The notes under the pieces were generated by a model. That model saw only the letters and a list, made by a program, of their open reading frames with translations. It was not told where the DNA came from and did not search any database. From positions 49,689 through 113,688 of the forward strand of contig CALROG020000005.1 of the NCBI GenBank assembly GCA_943369755.1: a DNA stretch of 64,000 bases, in the 5' to 3' direction. Below are positions 25,583 through 35,415 of the stretch, one piece after another; position 1 is the first letter of the stretch, and each line of letters starts with the position of its first letter. A program made the translations under genes and the position numbers. This stretch comes from Ramlibacter sp. 2FC (GTDB taxonomy: Bacteria; Pseudomonadota; Gammaproteobacteria; Burkholderiales; Burkholderiaceae_C).

Positions 25583-27625
25583 ATGCTTGCAGACCTGCTG
25601 AACCCCTTCGTCGCCTCCAGAACCCGTCGCAAGATGCTGTTGGCCGGCTCGCTCACCGCGGCCGCGCTGCTGCTGGCAGCGTGCGGCGGCTCTGATGCGG
25701 AGCCACCGGCATTTACCTTGCAATTGCTGCATGTGGCAGACGCCGACGGCAGCGACACCACCGCCCTGGGCAGCGTTGCCAACCTTTCGGGCCTGGTGTC
25801 ACGCTTCCGGGCTGAGTTGCCCAACAACACCATGGTGGTCAGCTCGGGCGACAACTACATTCCGGGCCCGCGCTTCAATGCCTCGGGCGACCCGGCGCTG
25901 GCCTCCCTGCTGGGTGTGCCAGACGTCGGCAGGGCCGATATCGCCTTGCTTAACGCCATGGGTATTCAGGCCTCTGCGCTGGGTAACCACGAACTCGACC
26001 TGGGGCCGCTGCAGTTCAACAACATCATCAACTCAGCGACCAGTGGCACCAACCGCTGGGAAGGCGCGCAGTTTCCGTATCTGGCCTACAACGTCAACTT
26101 TGCGGCCGACTCCACAGTGGCGGCCCGTGTCGCGCCCAATGGCGGCAACGTCACGACCCTGGCCAACCGGGTCAGCGGCTGGGCCCGAATCACGGTGGGC
26201 AGTGAAACGATTGGTGTGATCGGGGCCAGTTCGCCCGTGTTCACCACCATCGCCACCACCGGCAACCTGGGCTTCACACCCGCACAAACCGGTGGCGGCA
26301 ACTTCGATGTGGCGGCACTGGCGGCCAACCTGCAAGCAGGCGTGAACGAAATGCGCGCTGCGGGCATCAACAAGATCGTGCTGCTGGCCCACATGCAGAC
26401 CATTTCAGTGGAACGCCAGCTCGCCACGCTGCTGGACGGGGTGGACATCATCGTGGCCGGCGGCTCCAACACCCTGCTGAGCGACTCCACCGACACCCTG
26501 CGCGCAGGCGACCAGTCGGCCGGGACTTACCCGATCTTGCTGAACTCGCGCAGCAACGAGCCGGTGGTGGTGGTGAACGTGGACGCCGACTACAAATACC
26601 TTGGCCGGTTGATTGCGCCGTTTGATGCGCAGGGCCGGTTGATGCCGGCGCTGTTCGACACCGCGCGCAGCGGTGCCCAGGTCACCAGCCAGGCCAGCGA
26701 CACGGCCGGCAGCGTAACCCCAAATCCGCGCGTGGTTCAGATCCGCGACGCGCTGAACGGCGTGATCCGTGCGCAAGACGGCAACGTACAAGGCAGCACC
26801 AGCGTCTTTCTGGACGGCCGCCGGGCCTCGGTACGCAATCAGGAAACCAACTTTGGCAACCTGACGGCCGATGCCAACCTGGCCTATGCACAGGCAATTG
26901 ACCCGACGGTGCGCATCTCGCTGAAAAACGGTGGCGGCATCCGCTCCGAGATCGGCGAGATCACCGCCCCGGCTGGCTCCATCGACACCAGCCAGGCCAT
27001 CCTGTCGCCGCCCAAGGCCAACCCTGACGCGAACCGGGCCGCTGGAGAGATATCGCAGCTCGCCATTGCGTCATCCCTGCGTTTCAACAACAGCCTGGCC
27101 ACCCTGGACGTTACCGCCGCCCGCCTCAAGGAACTGCTGGAGCATGGCGTGGCAGTACTCGGCTCGCAAGGCCGGTTCCCGCAAATTGGCGGCATGGCCT
27201 TCAGCTACGACCCGGCCGCCACGGCCCAGGTGGTCAGCACTGCGGGTGCTGTCACAACGGCGGGCAGCCGTATCCGTTCGCTCAGCGTTGGCACCGATGT
27301 GGTGGTTCGCAACGGCGTGGTGCAGGGCGACCCGAGTCGGGTGTTCCGGCTGGTGACGCTGGGCTTTCTGGCCGATGGCGGCGACGGCTACCCGTTTGGC
27401 GCAGTAGCCAGCCAGACCAACCGGGTGAACCTGAACACCGTGGCCACCGCTGCAACCGCAGGCGGGCGCTCAAGCTTCGCAGCGCCAGGCACCGAGCAAG
27501 ATGCACTGGGCGAATTTTTGCAGTCGCGCTTTCGCACGACTCCGTTTGCTCTGGCGGAAACTGCCGAGGCGCTGGACACCCGGATTCAAAACATCGCTCG
27601 GCGCACCGATACCGTGTTGCCCTGA
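25583..27625 (+). CDS. Secreted bifunctional metallophosphatase/5'-nucleotidase-family lipoprotein
   Basis: Tat-like plus lipobox N-terminus SRTRRKMLLAGSLTAAALLLAACGG. Calcineurin-like motifs HVADADGS and GNHELD, plus a 5'-nucleotidase C-terminal domain. Start taken at the ATG at 25583. Confidence 0.8.
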   Translation: MLADLLNPFVASRTRRKMLLAGSLTAAALLLAACGGSDAEPPAFTLQLLHVADADGSDTTALGSVANLSGLVSRFRAELPNNTMVVSSGDNYIPGPRFNASGDPALASLLGVPDVGRADIALLNAMGIQASALGNHELDLGPLQFNNIINSATSGTNRWEGAQFPYLAYNVNFAADSTVAARVAPNGGNVTTLANRVSGWARITVGSETIGVIGASSPVFTTIATTGNLGFTPAQTGGGNFDVAALAANLQAGVNEMRAAGINKIVLLAHMQTISVERQLATLLDGVDIIVAGGSNTLLSDSTDTLRAGDQSAGTYPILLNSRSNEPVVVVNVDADYKYLGRLIAPFDAQGRLMPALFDTARSGAQVTSQASDTAGSVTPNPRVVQIRDALNGVIRAQDGNVQGSTSVFLDGRRASVRNQETNFGNLTADANLAYAQAIDPTVRISLKNGGGIRSEIGEITAPAGSIDTSQAILSPPKANPDANRAAGEISQLAIASSLRFNNSLATLDVTAARLKELLEHGVAVLGSQGRFPQIGGMAFSYDPAATAQVVSTAGAVTTAGSRIRSLSVGTDVVVRNGVVQGDPSRVFRLVTLGFLADGGDGYPFGAVASQTNRVNLNTVATAATAGGRSSFAAPGTEQDALGEFLQSRFRTTPFALAETAEALDTRIQNIARRTDTVLP

Positions 27626-27661
27626 CGCGCCGGGGGCGTTAGGCCCCCTGCCAATCGCCGG

Positions 27662-27691
27662 AAAAGCCGCTGCCACTGCAGCGGCTTTTTT
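27662..27691 (+). terminator. Rho-independent terminator after the 5'-nucleotidase gene
   Basis: aaaaGCCGCTGCcactGCAGCGGCtttttt. Confidence 0.85.
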
Positions 27692-27737
27692 CATTCCGCG
27701 CCCGCTTTACAATACGCGCTGCACTCGCAAGGGTGCA

Positions 27738-27835
27738 ACTCGCTAGGGGTGTTGCCGCGCTGCAAATTTGCAGTGGGGCGACTGAGAAAGTCCCTTTGAA
27801 CCTGATTGAGGTAATCCTCGCGCAGGGAAGCAAGC
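27738..27835 (+). promoter_or_regulatory. TPP (thiamine pyrophosphate) riboswitch aptamer
   Basis: CTAGGGGTG...(P3 hairpin CTGCAAATTTGCAG)...ACTGAGAAAGTCCCTTTGAACCTGATTGAGGTAATCCTCGCGCAGGGAAGC matches all conserved THI-box blocks (GGGGUG, CUGAGA, CCUUUGAACCUGAU, GCG.AGGGAA). Confidence 0.9.
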
Positions 27836-27841
27836 TCCAAG

Positions 27842-27870
27842 GTGGTGCCCTCTTCTCCCGGGCACTTTTC
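27842..27870 (+). terminator. Intrinsic terminator forming the riboswitch expression platform
   Basis: GGTGGTGCCCtcttctccCGGGCACTTTTCCACC lies directly after the aptamer and 45 nt before the receptor start. Confidence 0.6.
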
Positions 27871-27914
27871 CACCAAAGCAAGCCGACCTGCCATTGCGTT
27901 GAAAGACAAACGTC

Positions 27915-30086
27915 ATGGCAAAACAACCGCCTTTTCATCCCGTTTTCAAGCCAAACTGGCCTCTAGCCCGCATGGGTACTGCGCTAGCCACTACTATTTT
28001 TATAGCAAGCCTGGCGCAAGCCCAGCAAGGCGCAACGCTAAAACCCGTCACCGTCAATGACCGCAGCGCCGCCCCGCAAGCCGACCTGACCGGCTTTGGC
28101 GACCTGCCGCTCAAGGATGTGCCGATCTCGGCCACGGTGGTCGGCCGCGACCAGTTGCAGCAAAGCGGCGCCCGCCGCCTGGCGGACCTGACCCAGTTTG
28201 ACGCGTCCGTCACCGACGCCTACAACGCCCCCGGCTACTGGGACTACCTGAGCATCCGTGGCTTCACGCTGGACAACCGTTTCAACTACCGCCGTGAGGG
28301 CCTGCCCATCAGCGCCGAGACCTCGATCCCGCTGGACAACAAAGAGCGCATTGAAATCCTCAAGGGCACCAGCGGCATCCAGGCCGGCACCAGTGCGCCT
28401 GGGGGGCTGGTGAACTATGTTGTCAAACGCCCCACGCAACAGGATTTGCGTGAAGCAAGGCTTGAATACACAAGCCGCGCAAGCCTGCTGACGGCGCTGG
28501 ACCTGGGCGGGCGCCTGGGCCCAGACAAAGCCTTCGGCTACCGCCTCAATCTGGCCACCGAGCGCTTGCGCCCCACCACGCGTTCGCTGGACGGGGAACG
28601 GCAGCTGCTGGCGCTGGCCGCAGACTGGCGCGTCAACAAAGACACAGTGCTGGAAGCCGAGCTTGAATGGAGCCACAAACAGCAACCCAGCCAGGCCGCC
28701 TTCAGCCTCCTGGGCAGCCGCCTTCCCGCCGCCGTAGACCCACGCCTGAACCTGAACAACCAGGCCTGGTCAAAAGGCTCGGTGTTTGACGCGCTGACCG
28801 GTACGCTTCGGTTCGAGCAAGCCCTGAACAGCGAGTGGCGCTGGAGCGCCCAAATGGGCGGCCAGAAGCTCAAGACTGACGACCGGTTGGCCTACGCCTT
28901 TGGCTGCAGTGCCGAGGGCAACTTTGACCGCTATTGCAGCGACGGCAGCTTCGATTTTTATGACTTTCGCTCGGAAAACGAGCGCCGCAACCAGCAGGCC
29001 GCCGGGCTCAGCCTCAAGGGGAAGCTCAGCACCGGCGGCGTGGCGCATGATCTGTCTTTTGGGCTCATCAACAGCCGCGTGCGCAACCGCTTTGACCGCC
29101 AGGCCTTCAACTATGTGGGCAGCGGCAACGTGCAGGGCACGGCCCTGGTGCCAGCCGACCCGGCGCTGACCGACGAGAACACCCAGCGCGATGAAAAGTC
29201 GCTGGAGTTCTCGGTACAAGACGCGGTCCGCTGGAGCCCGCGCCTTACCACCTGGCTGGGCCTGCGCCACACCCAGCTTGAGCGCCGCAGTGTGCGCACC
29301 GATGGCTCGCGCGCCACCGGCTACCGCGACGCCCTGACCACGCCCTGGCTGGCCGCCAGCTACCAGTTCAGCCCGGCGCTGATGGGCTACGCCAGCTACG
29401 GCGAAGGCGTGGAGTCGCAGGTGGTGCCCAACCGCACCGCGCAGTACAGCAACGCCGGTGTCGGCCTGCCGGCGCTGAAGTCCAGGCAATGGGAGCTGGG
29501 GGTGCGCGGCGGCGACGCGGCCTTTAGCTGGCAGGCGGCCTGGTTCCAGATTGAGCGGCCCATGAGCAACCTGGACGCCTGTGGGCGCTTGGGGCTGTCG
29601 CCGTGCACCGGCCGCTATGACGGTGACGCGCAGCACCGGGGCCTGGAAGCCAGCGCCCAGTGGACCAGCGGCCCCTGGCGCGCAGGCGGCGGCGTGACGC
29701 TGCTGGACGCCAAGCGCCGTGGCAGCACCGCCGAGCCCGCCGTCAACGGCAAACGCCCCACCAACGTGCCCAGCAACGTAGTGCGTGCCAATGCCGCCTG
29801 GAAGGTGCCCGGCGTTGCCGGGCTGGAACTGCAAGGCCAGCTATCGCACGAAGGACGGCGCGCAGTCACCCCCGATGAGGCCATCATGCTGCCGGCCTGG
29901 ACCCGCCTGGACGCCGCGCTGCGCTACGACACCAGGTGGAATGGTGCAAAAACAAGCTGGACGCTGGGCATCGAGAACCTGGCCAACAGGCGCTACTGGA
30001 AAGAAGCACCCTACCAGTTTGGCCATGTCTACCTGTACCCCGGTGCCACGCGCACGTTTCGCCTGTCGTTCACGGCTGCACTGTGA
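27915..30086 (+). CDS. TonB-dependent outer-membrane receptor
   Basis: 723 aa with a signal peptide ending ASLAQA-QQ, plug motifs (ERIEILKGTSGIQAGTSAPGGLVNYVVKRP) and a beta-barrel C-terminus. Controlled by the TPP riboswitch upstream. Confidence 0.9.
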   Translation: MAKQPPFHPVFKPNWPLARMGTALATTIFIASLAQAQQGATLKPVTVNDRSAAPQADLTGFGDLPLKDVPISATVVGRDQLQQSGARRLADLTQFDASVTDAYNAPGYWDYLSIRGFTLDNRFNYRREGLPISAETSIPLDNKERIEILKGTSGIQAGTSAPGGLVNYVVKRPTQQDLREARLEYTSRASLLTALDLGGRLGPDKAFGYRLNLATERLRPTTRSLDGERQLLALAADWRVNKDTVLEAELEWSHKQQPSQAAFSLLGSRLPAAVDPRLNLNNQAWSKGSVFDALTGTLRFEQALNSEWRWSAQMGGQKLKTDDRLAYAFGCSAEGNFDRYCSDGSFDFYDFRSENERRNQQAAGLSLKGKLSTGGVAHDLSFGLINSRVRNRFDRQAFNYVGSGNVQGTALVPADPALTDENTQRDEKSLEFSVQDAVRWSPRLTTWLGLRHTQLERRSVRTDGSRATGYRDALTTPWLAASYQFSPALMGYASYGEGVESQVVPNRTAQYSNAGVGLPALKSRQWELGVRGGDAAFSWQAAWFQIERPMSNLDACGRLGLSPCTGRYDGDAQHRGLEASAQWTSGPWRAGGGVTLLDAKRRGSTAEPAVNGKRPTNVPSNVVRANAAWKVPGVAGLELQGQLSHEGRRAVTPDEAIMLPAWTRLDAALRYDTRWNGAKTSWTLGIENLANRRYWKEAPYQFGHVYLYPGATRTFRLSFTAAL
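27963..28008 (-). repeat. Family-A interspersed repeat, copy 5 (reverse orientation, inside the receptor signal-peptide region)
   Basis: The reverse complement reads ttGCTAtaaAAATAGTAGTGGCTagCGCAgtacccatGCGGGCTaG. Translated as LARMGTALATTIFIAS. Confidence 0.75.
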
Positions 30087-30123
30087 AAGGCAGGGGAAAA
30101 ATGACGCTATAATTTGAGGCTGT

Positions 30124-30199
30124 TCCTCGATAGCTCAGTCGGTAGAGCGCCGGACTGTTAATCCGTAGGTCCCTGGTTCGAGCCCAGGTCGAGGAGCCA
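30124..30199 (+). tRNA. tRNA-Asn (anticodon GTT), CCA encoded
   Basis: Acceptor stem TCCTCGA/TCGAGGA, D-arm TAGCTCAGTCGGTAGAGC, anticodon loop CTGTTAA, T-arm GGTTCGAGCCC, 3' GCCA. Confidence 0.95.
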
Positions 30200-30206
30200 C
30201 CACAAT

Positions 30207-30241
30207 AAAGGCCTGCAACGATGTCGTTGCAGGCCTTTTTA
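30207..30241 (+). terminator. Rho-independent terminator after tRNA-Asn
   Basis: aaAGGCCTGCAACGatgtCGTTGCAGGCCTtttta. Confidence 0.85.
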
Positions 30242-30250
30242 CTTGTGCCC

Positions 30251-30991
30251 ATGCAGAAACTGCCCTGGCTTGAACCCGGTGAACCTTTCCCCGACGCGGC
30301 GCGCGCCTGGGGCCCAAATGCGCCTGCGCCGGGCCTGCTGGCCGCCGGGGGTGCTCTGGACGTGGCCACCTTGCAGCGCGCCTACAGCGCGGCCATCTTT
30401 CCGTGGTTCAGTGACGGGCAACCGATTTTGTGGTGGAGCCCCGACCCGCGCATGGTGCTGCACCCCGCTGAATTCAATTTGCACCGTTCACTGCGCAAAA
30501 CACTGGCACGTTTTGCCATCAACCCTGACTGCGAGGTGCGGTTTGACTCAGCGTTCGCGCAGGTTATCGGTGCTTGCGCGAAGAGCCCGCGGCCAGGCCA
30601 GTCTGGCACCTGGATCGTGCCGCCCATGGTGGCTGCGTATACCGGGCTTCACCAGGCGGGCATTGCCCACAGTGTGGAAACCTGGATCGACGGCGAACTC
30701 GCCGGGGGGCTGTATTGCGTCAGCCTGGGCCATGCGGTGTTTGGCGAGTCGATGTTCACGCGGGTGCCCGACGCGTCCAAGATTGCGCTGGCGGCACTGG
30801 TGGCCTTTTGTCGCGCCCAGGGGGTGACCATGATCGACTGCCAGCAGAACACACCACACCTGGCCTCAATGGGCGCGCGCGAGCTTGCACGCGCCAGCTT
30901 TGGGCAGCATGTGGCAGCGGCAGCCCGTTTGCCGGGCCTGCCATGGCGTTTTGAGCCCGTATACTGGAATCACCTTCTGCCGCCCATGTAG
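30251..30991 (+). CDS. aat: Leucyl/phenylalanyl-tRNA--protein transferase
   Basis: ATG 30251. MQKLPWLEPGEPFP...AYSAAIFPWFSDGQPILWWSPDPR is canonical Aat. Confidence 0.9.
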   Translation: MQKLPWLEPGEPFPDAARAWGPNAPAPGLLAAGGALDVATLQRAYSAAIFPWFSDGQPILWWSPDPRMVLHPAEFNLHRSLRKTLARFAINPDCEVRFDSAFAQVIGACAKSPRPGQSGTWIVPPMVAAYTGLHQAGIAHSVETWIDGELAGGLYCVSLGHAVFGESMFTRVPDASKIALAALVAFCRAQGVTMIDCQQNTPHLASMGARELARASFGQHVAAAARLPGLPWRFEPVYWNHLLPPM

Positions 30992-30997
30992 CACAGC

Positions 30998-31756
30998 GTG
31001 ACGCACCTCAAGGACCTACCGCTCCAGACCTTGCAGTTTTATGCAACGGCACCCTACCAGTGCAGCTACCTGCCGGGCAGGCAGGCGCGGTCGCAGGTGG
31101 CCACGCCCAGCCACCTGATCCACAACGACACCTACTCCGACCTGGTGACCAGCGGCTTCCGGCGCAGCGGCATGTTCACCTACCGCCCCTACTGCGATGG
31201 TTGCCGTGCCTGCGTGCCGCTGCGGGTTCTGGTGAATGACTTCAAACCCGACCGCAGCCAGCGCCGCGCGTCGCGCCAACACCAGGGCCTGCAGGCGCGG
31301 GTGCTCAAGCTGTGTTTTGTGCCCGAGCACTACCATTTGTACCTGCGCTACCAGACCGGGCGCCATGCCGGGGGGGGCATGGACCACGACAGCATCGACC
31401 AGTACACACAGTTTCTGCTGCAAAGCAGGGTCAATTCACGGCTGGTGGAGTTTCGCGACGCCACCACCGACGGCACGCCGGGCCCGCTGCGCATGGTGTC
31501 GATACTTGACGTGCTGAATGACGGCATTTCAGCGGTGTACACCTTCTACGAGCCTGAGCCTTCGGCCAGCTATGGCACTTACAGCGTGTTATGGCAGATT
31601 GACCAGGCCAAGCGCATGCAGTTGCCCCATGTTTACCTTGGCTACTGGATCGGCCAAAGTCCGAAAATGAGCTACAAGGCCCGCTTTGTGCCAAATGAAA
31701 CGCTGCTGGACGGCGACTGGGGCCCCGGCAGTGCGGTTGCGTCACACAACTATTGA
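30998..31756 (+). CDS. bpt: Arginyl-tRNA-protein transferase family (aspartate/glutamate leucyltransferase Bpt)
   Basis: GTG start. [24 protein letters not shown] and YLGYWI motifs of the bacterial ATE/Bpt family. Paired with aat (N-degron pathway). Confidence 0.88.
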   Translation: MTHLKDLPLQTLQFYATAPYQCSYLPGRQARSQVATPSHLIHNDTYSDLVTSGFRRSGMFTYRPYCDGCRACVPLRVLVNDFKPDRSQRRASRQHQGLQARVLKLCFVPEHYHLYLRYQTGRHAGGGMDHDSIDQYTQFLLQSRVNSRLVEFRDATTDGTPGPLRMVSILDVLNDGISAVYTFYEPEPSASYGTYSVLWQIDQAKRMQLPHVYLGYWIGQSPKMSYKARFVPNETLLDGDWGPGSAVASHNY

Positions 31757-31758
31757 TT

Positions 31759-31776
31759 TCACAAGATAAAATGTGA
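31759..31776. promoter_or_regulatory. Inverted repeat TCACA-N8-TGTGA upstream of the IclR-family gene (candidate operator)
   Basis: Lies in an AT-rich 44-nt intergenic region 25 nt before the ATG at 31801. Confidence 0.3.
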
Positions 31777-31800
31777 GCTCATTCAGTTTCTGGGGATCCC

Positions 31801-32589
31801 ATGAGAAAAACAGACCCCAACGTCGTCGCGACACCAACCGTCCAGGTCATTGAGCGCATGTTTACGCTGATCGATGTCCTCGCGTCACGCGAGGAAGCGA
31901 TTTCGCTCAAGGAAATCAGCGAGAAAACCGGCCTGCATCCGTCTACCGCGCACCGCATCCTGAACGATCTGGCCACAGGGCGCTTTGTGGACCGGCCCGA
32001 GGCCGGCAACTACCGCCTGGGCATGCGCCTGCTGGAGCTGGGCAACCTGGTCAAGGGCCGCCTGAACGTGCGCGACGCTGCGTTGGCACCCATGCGGGAG
32101 CTGCACAAGCTGATCCAGCAGCCGGTGAACCTGAGCATGCGTCAGGGCGACGAGATCGTGTACATCGAACGGGCCTACAGCGAGCGTTCGGGTATGCAAG
32201 TGGTGCGCGCCATCGGCGGCCGCGCGCCACTGCACCTTACCTCCACCGGCAAGCTGTTTTTGGCCGTGGACGAGCCCCAACGTGTACGTGCCTATGCCAC
32301 CCGCACCGGCCTGGCGGGCCACACCAAAAACAGCATTACGCAGCTTGCGGTGCTGGAGCGCGAGCTGGCCAAAGCCCGCCAATACGGCATGGCACGCGAC
32401 AACGAGGAGCTGGAGCTTGGGGTGCGCTGCATGGCTGCGGGCATCTATGACGACCAGAACAAGCTGATTGCAGGGCTGTCCATTTCGGCACCGGCCGACC
32501 GCCTGGACGATGGCTGGCTGCCCAAGCTGCAAGCCACGGCACGCGAAATTTCAGCCTCCCTGGGCTCCAAAACAGAAGCGGGCCGTTAG
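31801..32589 (+). CDS. IclR-family transcriptional regulator
   Basis: 262 aa with the wHTH ISLKEISEKTGLHPSTAHRILNDL and an IclR effector domain. Confidence 0.9.
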   Translation: MRKTDPNVVATPTVQVIERMFTLIDVLASREEAISLKEISEKTGLHPSTAHRILNDLATGRFVDRPEAGNYRLGMRLLELGNLVKGRLNVRDAALAPMRELHKLIQQPVNLSMRQGDEIVYIERAYSERSGMQVVRAIGGRAPLHLTSTGKLFLAVDEPQRVRAYATRTGLAGHTKNSITQLAVLERELAKARQYGMARDNEELELGVRCMAAGIYDDQNKLIAGLSISAPADRLDDGWLPKLQATAREISASLGSKTEAGR

Positions 32590-32598
32590 GCCCGCTCT

Positions 32599-33651
32599 TT
32601 AGCTGCTGACCTGGCGTATCAAGGTGCTGGGCGCTTCAGCCGGCGCAGATTCAACCCAGCGGCGAACCCGCTCGGCGTCGCCCAGGCGGCTGAGCTTGCC
32701 CGCGGAATCCAGAAACACCATGATCAGCTTGCGCCCGGCAATCTTGGTCTGCATCACCAGGCACTGACCGGCTTCAGAGATGTAGCCGGTTTTCTGCAAA
32801 CCAATGTCCCATTGCGGGTTTTTCACCAAACGGTTGGTGTTGTTGTATTGCAGGGTGCGCTTGCCCACGGCGACCTGGAAGCCCGGCGAGGTTGAGAGTT
32901 CGCGCAGCAGCACGTCGTTGTAGGAGACCGCCACCAGGGTGGCAAGGTCCTTGGCGCTGGACTGGTTGCGGCTGGACAAGCCGGTGGGCTCCACGTAAGC
33001 GGTGTCACGCATTCCAAGCGCACGGGCCTTGCTGTTCATTTGTGCCACAAAGGCGCTCAAGCCACCCGGATAGGTGCGTCCCAACGCGTGCGCAGCGCGG
33101 TTTTCGCTGGACATCAGTGCCAGGTGCAGCAACTCACCACGGGTGAGCTCGGTGCCCACGCGCAGGCGCGAGGTGCTGCCTTTTTCGGTGTCTACATCGT
33201 CCTGGGTAATGGTGATCAACTGATCCATCGGGAGGCGAGCTTCACTGATCAGCAAGCCGGTCATCAACTTGGTGAGCGACGCAATGGGCAACACGGCGGA
33301 GTCATTTTTGCTGAACAAGACTTCACGGGTGTCTTGATCAATCACCAAGGCCACGCTGGACTTGAGGTCAAGGTCGTCCTGCGTGCCATGCAAACCTGCA
33401 CGTTGACCATGCGACGGTCGTGCGGGTGCTGAAACACGAACCGCCGGTTTACGCTTGGCTGCCGGTTGGGCGCGAACAGCCTTGCGTTTGACTGCATTGC
33501 CAGGCTTGCTTTTTCCGACGGCAGCGCCTTCATTGGCAGCAAAAACCGGTGCCGCAGGCAGCGCAAGAAGGCCGCCAACGAGGAATATTGAAAGAGTGTG
33601 TAGGAGACGATTCAAAACTTTGCTCTGCATTGGGGCGTCATGGCGGGTCAT
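32599..33651 (-). CDS. pbpG: D-alanyl-D-alanine endopeptidase / S11 serine peptidase (PbpG-like)
   Basis: SxxK (ASLTKLM), SxN (SSENRA) and KTG (QKTGYI) motifs plus a signal peptide. Start chosen at 33651 (alternative 33630) because the longer ORF overlaps the leuA terminator. Confidence 0.8.
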   Translation of the reverse strand: MTRHDAPMQSKVLNRLLHTLSIFLVGGLLALPAAPVFAANEGAAVGKSKPGNAVKRKAVRAQPAAKRKPAVRVSAPARPSHGQRAGLHGTQDDLDLKSSVALVIDQDTREVLFSKNDSAVLPIASLTKLMTGLLISEARLPMDQLITITQDDVDTEKGSTSRLRVGTELTRGELLHLALMSSENRAAHALGRTYPGGLSAFVAQMNSKARALGMRDTAYVEPTGLSSRNQSSAKDLATLVAVSYNDVLLRELSTSPGFQVAVGKRTLQYNNTNRLVKNPQWDIGLQKTGYISEAGQCLVMQTKIAGRKLIMVFLDSAGKLSRLGDAERVRRWVESAPAEAPSTLIRQVSS

Positions 33652-33696
33652 TGAACGAAACTCCTGAGCGCGGCGGCGATGAGGAAGTGTACAAGA

Positions 33697-33736
33697 CCAA
33701 AAAAAATCACGCAAGATCAAAGACTTGCGTGATTCT
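33697..33736 (-). terminator. Rho-independent terminator downstream of leuA
   Basis: Minus strand: AATCACGCAAGtctttgatCTTGCGTGATTTTTTTTT. Confidence 0.85.
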
Positions 33737-33769
33737 CTTAAACCACACCGTCAATACATGGTATTTACC

Positions 33770-35308
33770 CTAGCCCTGAGCCGCCACCCGGTCAGCTTTA
33801 CTTTGCAATTTGTTGAGGGCACTGAGGTAGGCCTTTGCCGAGGCCACCACGATATCGGGGTCTGCACCAACGCCGTTGACCACGCGCCCCGAGTTCTGCA
33901 GGCGCACCGTGACTTCACCCTGGCTCTCGGTGGAGCCGCTGATGGCGTTAACGGAATAAAGCACCATTTCGGCACCGCTTTTGACGTGCGTTTCGATGGC
34001 CTTGAGCGACGCGTCAACCGGACCGTTGCCGTCAGACTCGCCCCGAACCTCTTTGCCGTCCACAGTGAACACGATGGTCGCGTGTGGCCGCTCGCCGGTT
34101 TCGCTGTGTTGTGACAGCGACACGAAACCGTATTGCTCCTTGTCATGGGTGACGCTCTCGTCGCTGACCAACGCCAGGATGTCTTCGTCAAAAATCTCGC
34201 TTTTGCGGTCGGCCAGCTCCTTGAAGCGGGCAAACGCCGTGTTGACGTCGCCTTCGCTTTCCATTGAAACGCCGAGTTCCTGGAGTCGCTGTTTGAAGGC
34301 GTTGCGACCGCTGAGTTTGCCCAACACGATCTTGTTGGCGCTCCAGCCCACGTCTTCAGCCCGCATGATTTCGTAGGTGTCGCGCGCCTTGAGCACGCCA
34401 TCCTGATGGATTCCACTGGCGTGGGCGAACGCGTTGGCACCAACCACCGCCTTGTTGGGTTGCACCACAAAGCCCGTGGTCTGACTCACCATTCGGCTCG
34501 CCGCCACGATGTGGACCGGGTCAATGTTCATGGTGAGGTTGAAGTAGTCCTTGCGGGTCTTCACGGCCATGACGATTTCTTCAAGTGAACAGTTGCCGGC
34601 ACGCTCACCCAAGCCGTTGATGGTGCACTCCACCTGGCGCGCGCCGCCAATCTTCACGCCGGCCAGTGAATTGGCCACCGCCATGCCCAGATCGTTGTGG
34701 CAATGCACCGACCACACCGCCTTGTCGCTGTTGGGTACCCGCTCGCGCAGCGTCTTGATAAATTGTCCGTAAAGCTCCGGCACCGCGTATCCCACAGTGT
34801 CGGGGACGTTGATGGTGGTCGCACCCTCAGCAATGACGGCCTCCAGCACCCGGCACAGGAAGTCCATTTCACTGCGGTAGCCGTCTTCCGGCGAGAACTC
34901 GATGTCGCCACACAGGTTGCGGGCAAAGCGCACCGACTGTTTGGCCTGCTCCAGTACCTGATCAGGCGTCATGCGCAGCTTTTTCTCCATGTGCAGGGGC
35001 GAAGTTGCAATGAAGGTATGGATGCGCGCGCGCGCCGCACCTTTCAGGGCCTCCGCGGCACGGGAGATGTCGCGATCATTGGCACGCGACAACGAGCAAA
35101 TGATGGAGTCCTTGATGGCGTTGGCAATCCCCTGCACGGCTTCGAAGTCGCCGTTGGAGCTGGCGGCAAATCCCGCCTCGATCACGTCGACCTTCAGGCG
35201 TTCAAGCTGGCGTGCAATTCGCAGCTTCTCATCCTTGGTCATGGACGCGCCGGGCGACTGCTCGCCATCACGCAAGGTGGTGTCAAAAATGATCAACTGG
35301 TCAGACAT
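33770..35308 (-). CDS. leuA: 2-isopropylmalate synthase
   Basis: 512 aa with [29 protein letters not shown] and a C-terminal LeuA dimerisation/regulatory domain. Confidence 0.97.
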   Translation of the reverse strand: MSDQLIIFDTTLRDGEQSPGASMTKDEKLRIARQLERLKVDVIEAGFAASSNGDFEAVQGIANAIKDSIICSLSRANDRDISRAAEALKGAARARIHTFIATSPLHMEKKLRMTPDQVLEQAKQSVRFARNLCGDIEFSPEDGYRSEMDFLCRVLEAVIAEGATTINVPDTVGYAVPELYGQFIKTLRERVPNSDKAVWSVHCHNDLGMAVANSLAGVKIGGARQVECTINGLGERAGNCSLEEIVMAVKTRKDYFNLTMNIDPVHIVAASRMVSQTTGFVVQPNKAVVGANAFAHASGIHQDGVLKARDTYEIMRAEDVGWSANKIVLGKLSGRNAFKQRLQELGVSMESEGDVNTAFARFKELADRKSEIFDEDILALVSDESVTHDKEQYGFVSLSQHSETGERPHATIVFTVDGKEVRGESDGNGPVDASLKAIETHVKSGAEMVLYSVNAISGSTESQGEVTVRLQNSGRVVNGVGADPDIVVASAKAYLSALNKLQSKADRVAAQG

Positions 35309-35354
35309 TTGATTTCTCCTGATTCATGAAAAGCCGCAACATTCAATTTTTTGC

Positions 35355-35396
35355 GCACAAAACAAAAGGCCCGTTGCGGTTGCATACGGGCCTTTG
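35355..35396 (-). terminator. Attenuator terminator in the leuA leader
   Basis: Minus strand: AGGCCCGTatgcaaccgcaACGGGCCTTTTGTTTTG, located between the leader peptide stop and the leuA ATG. Confidence 0.7.
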
Positions 35397-35415
35397 GTGA
35401 AGGTGTGCGCGTGCG

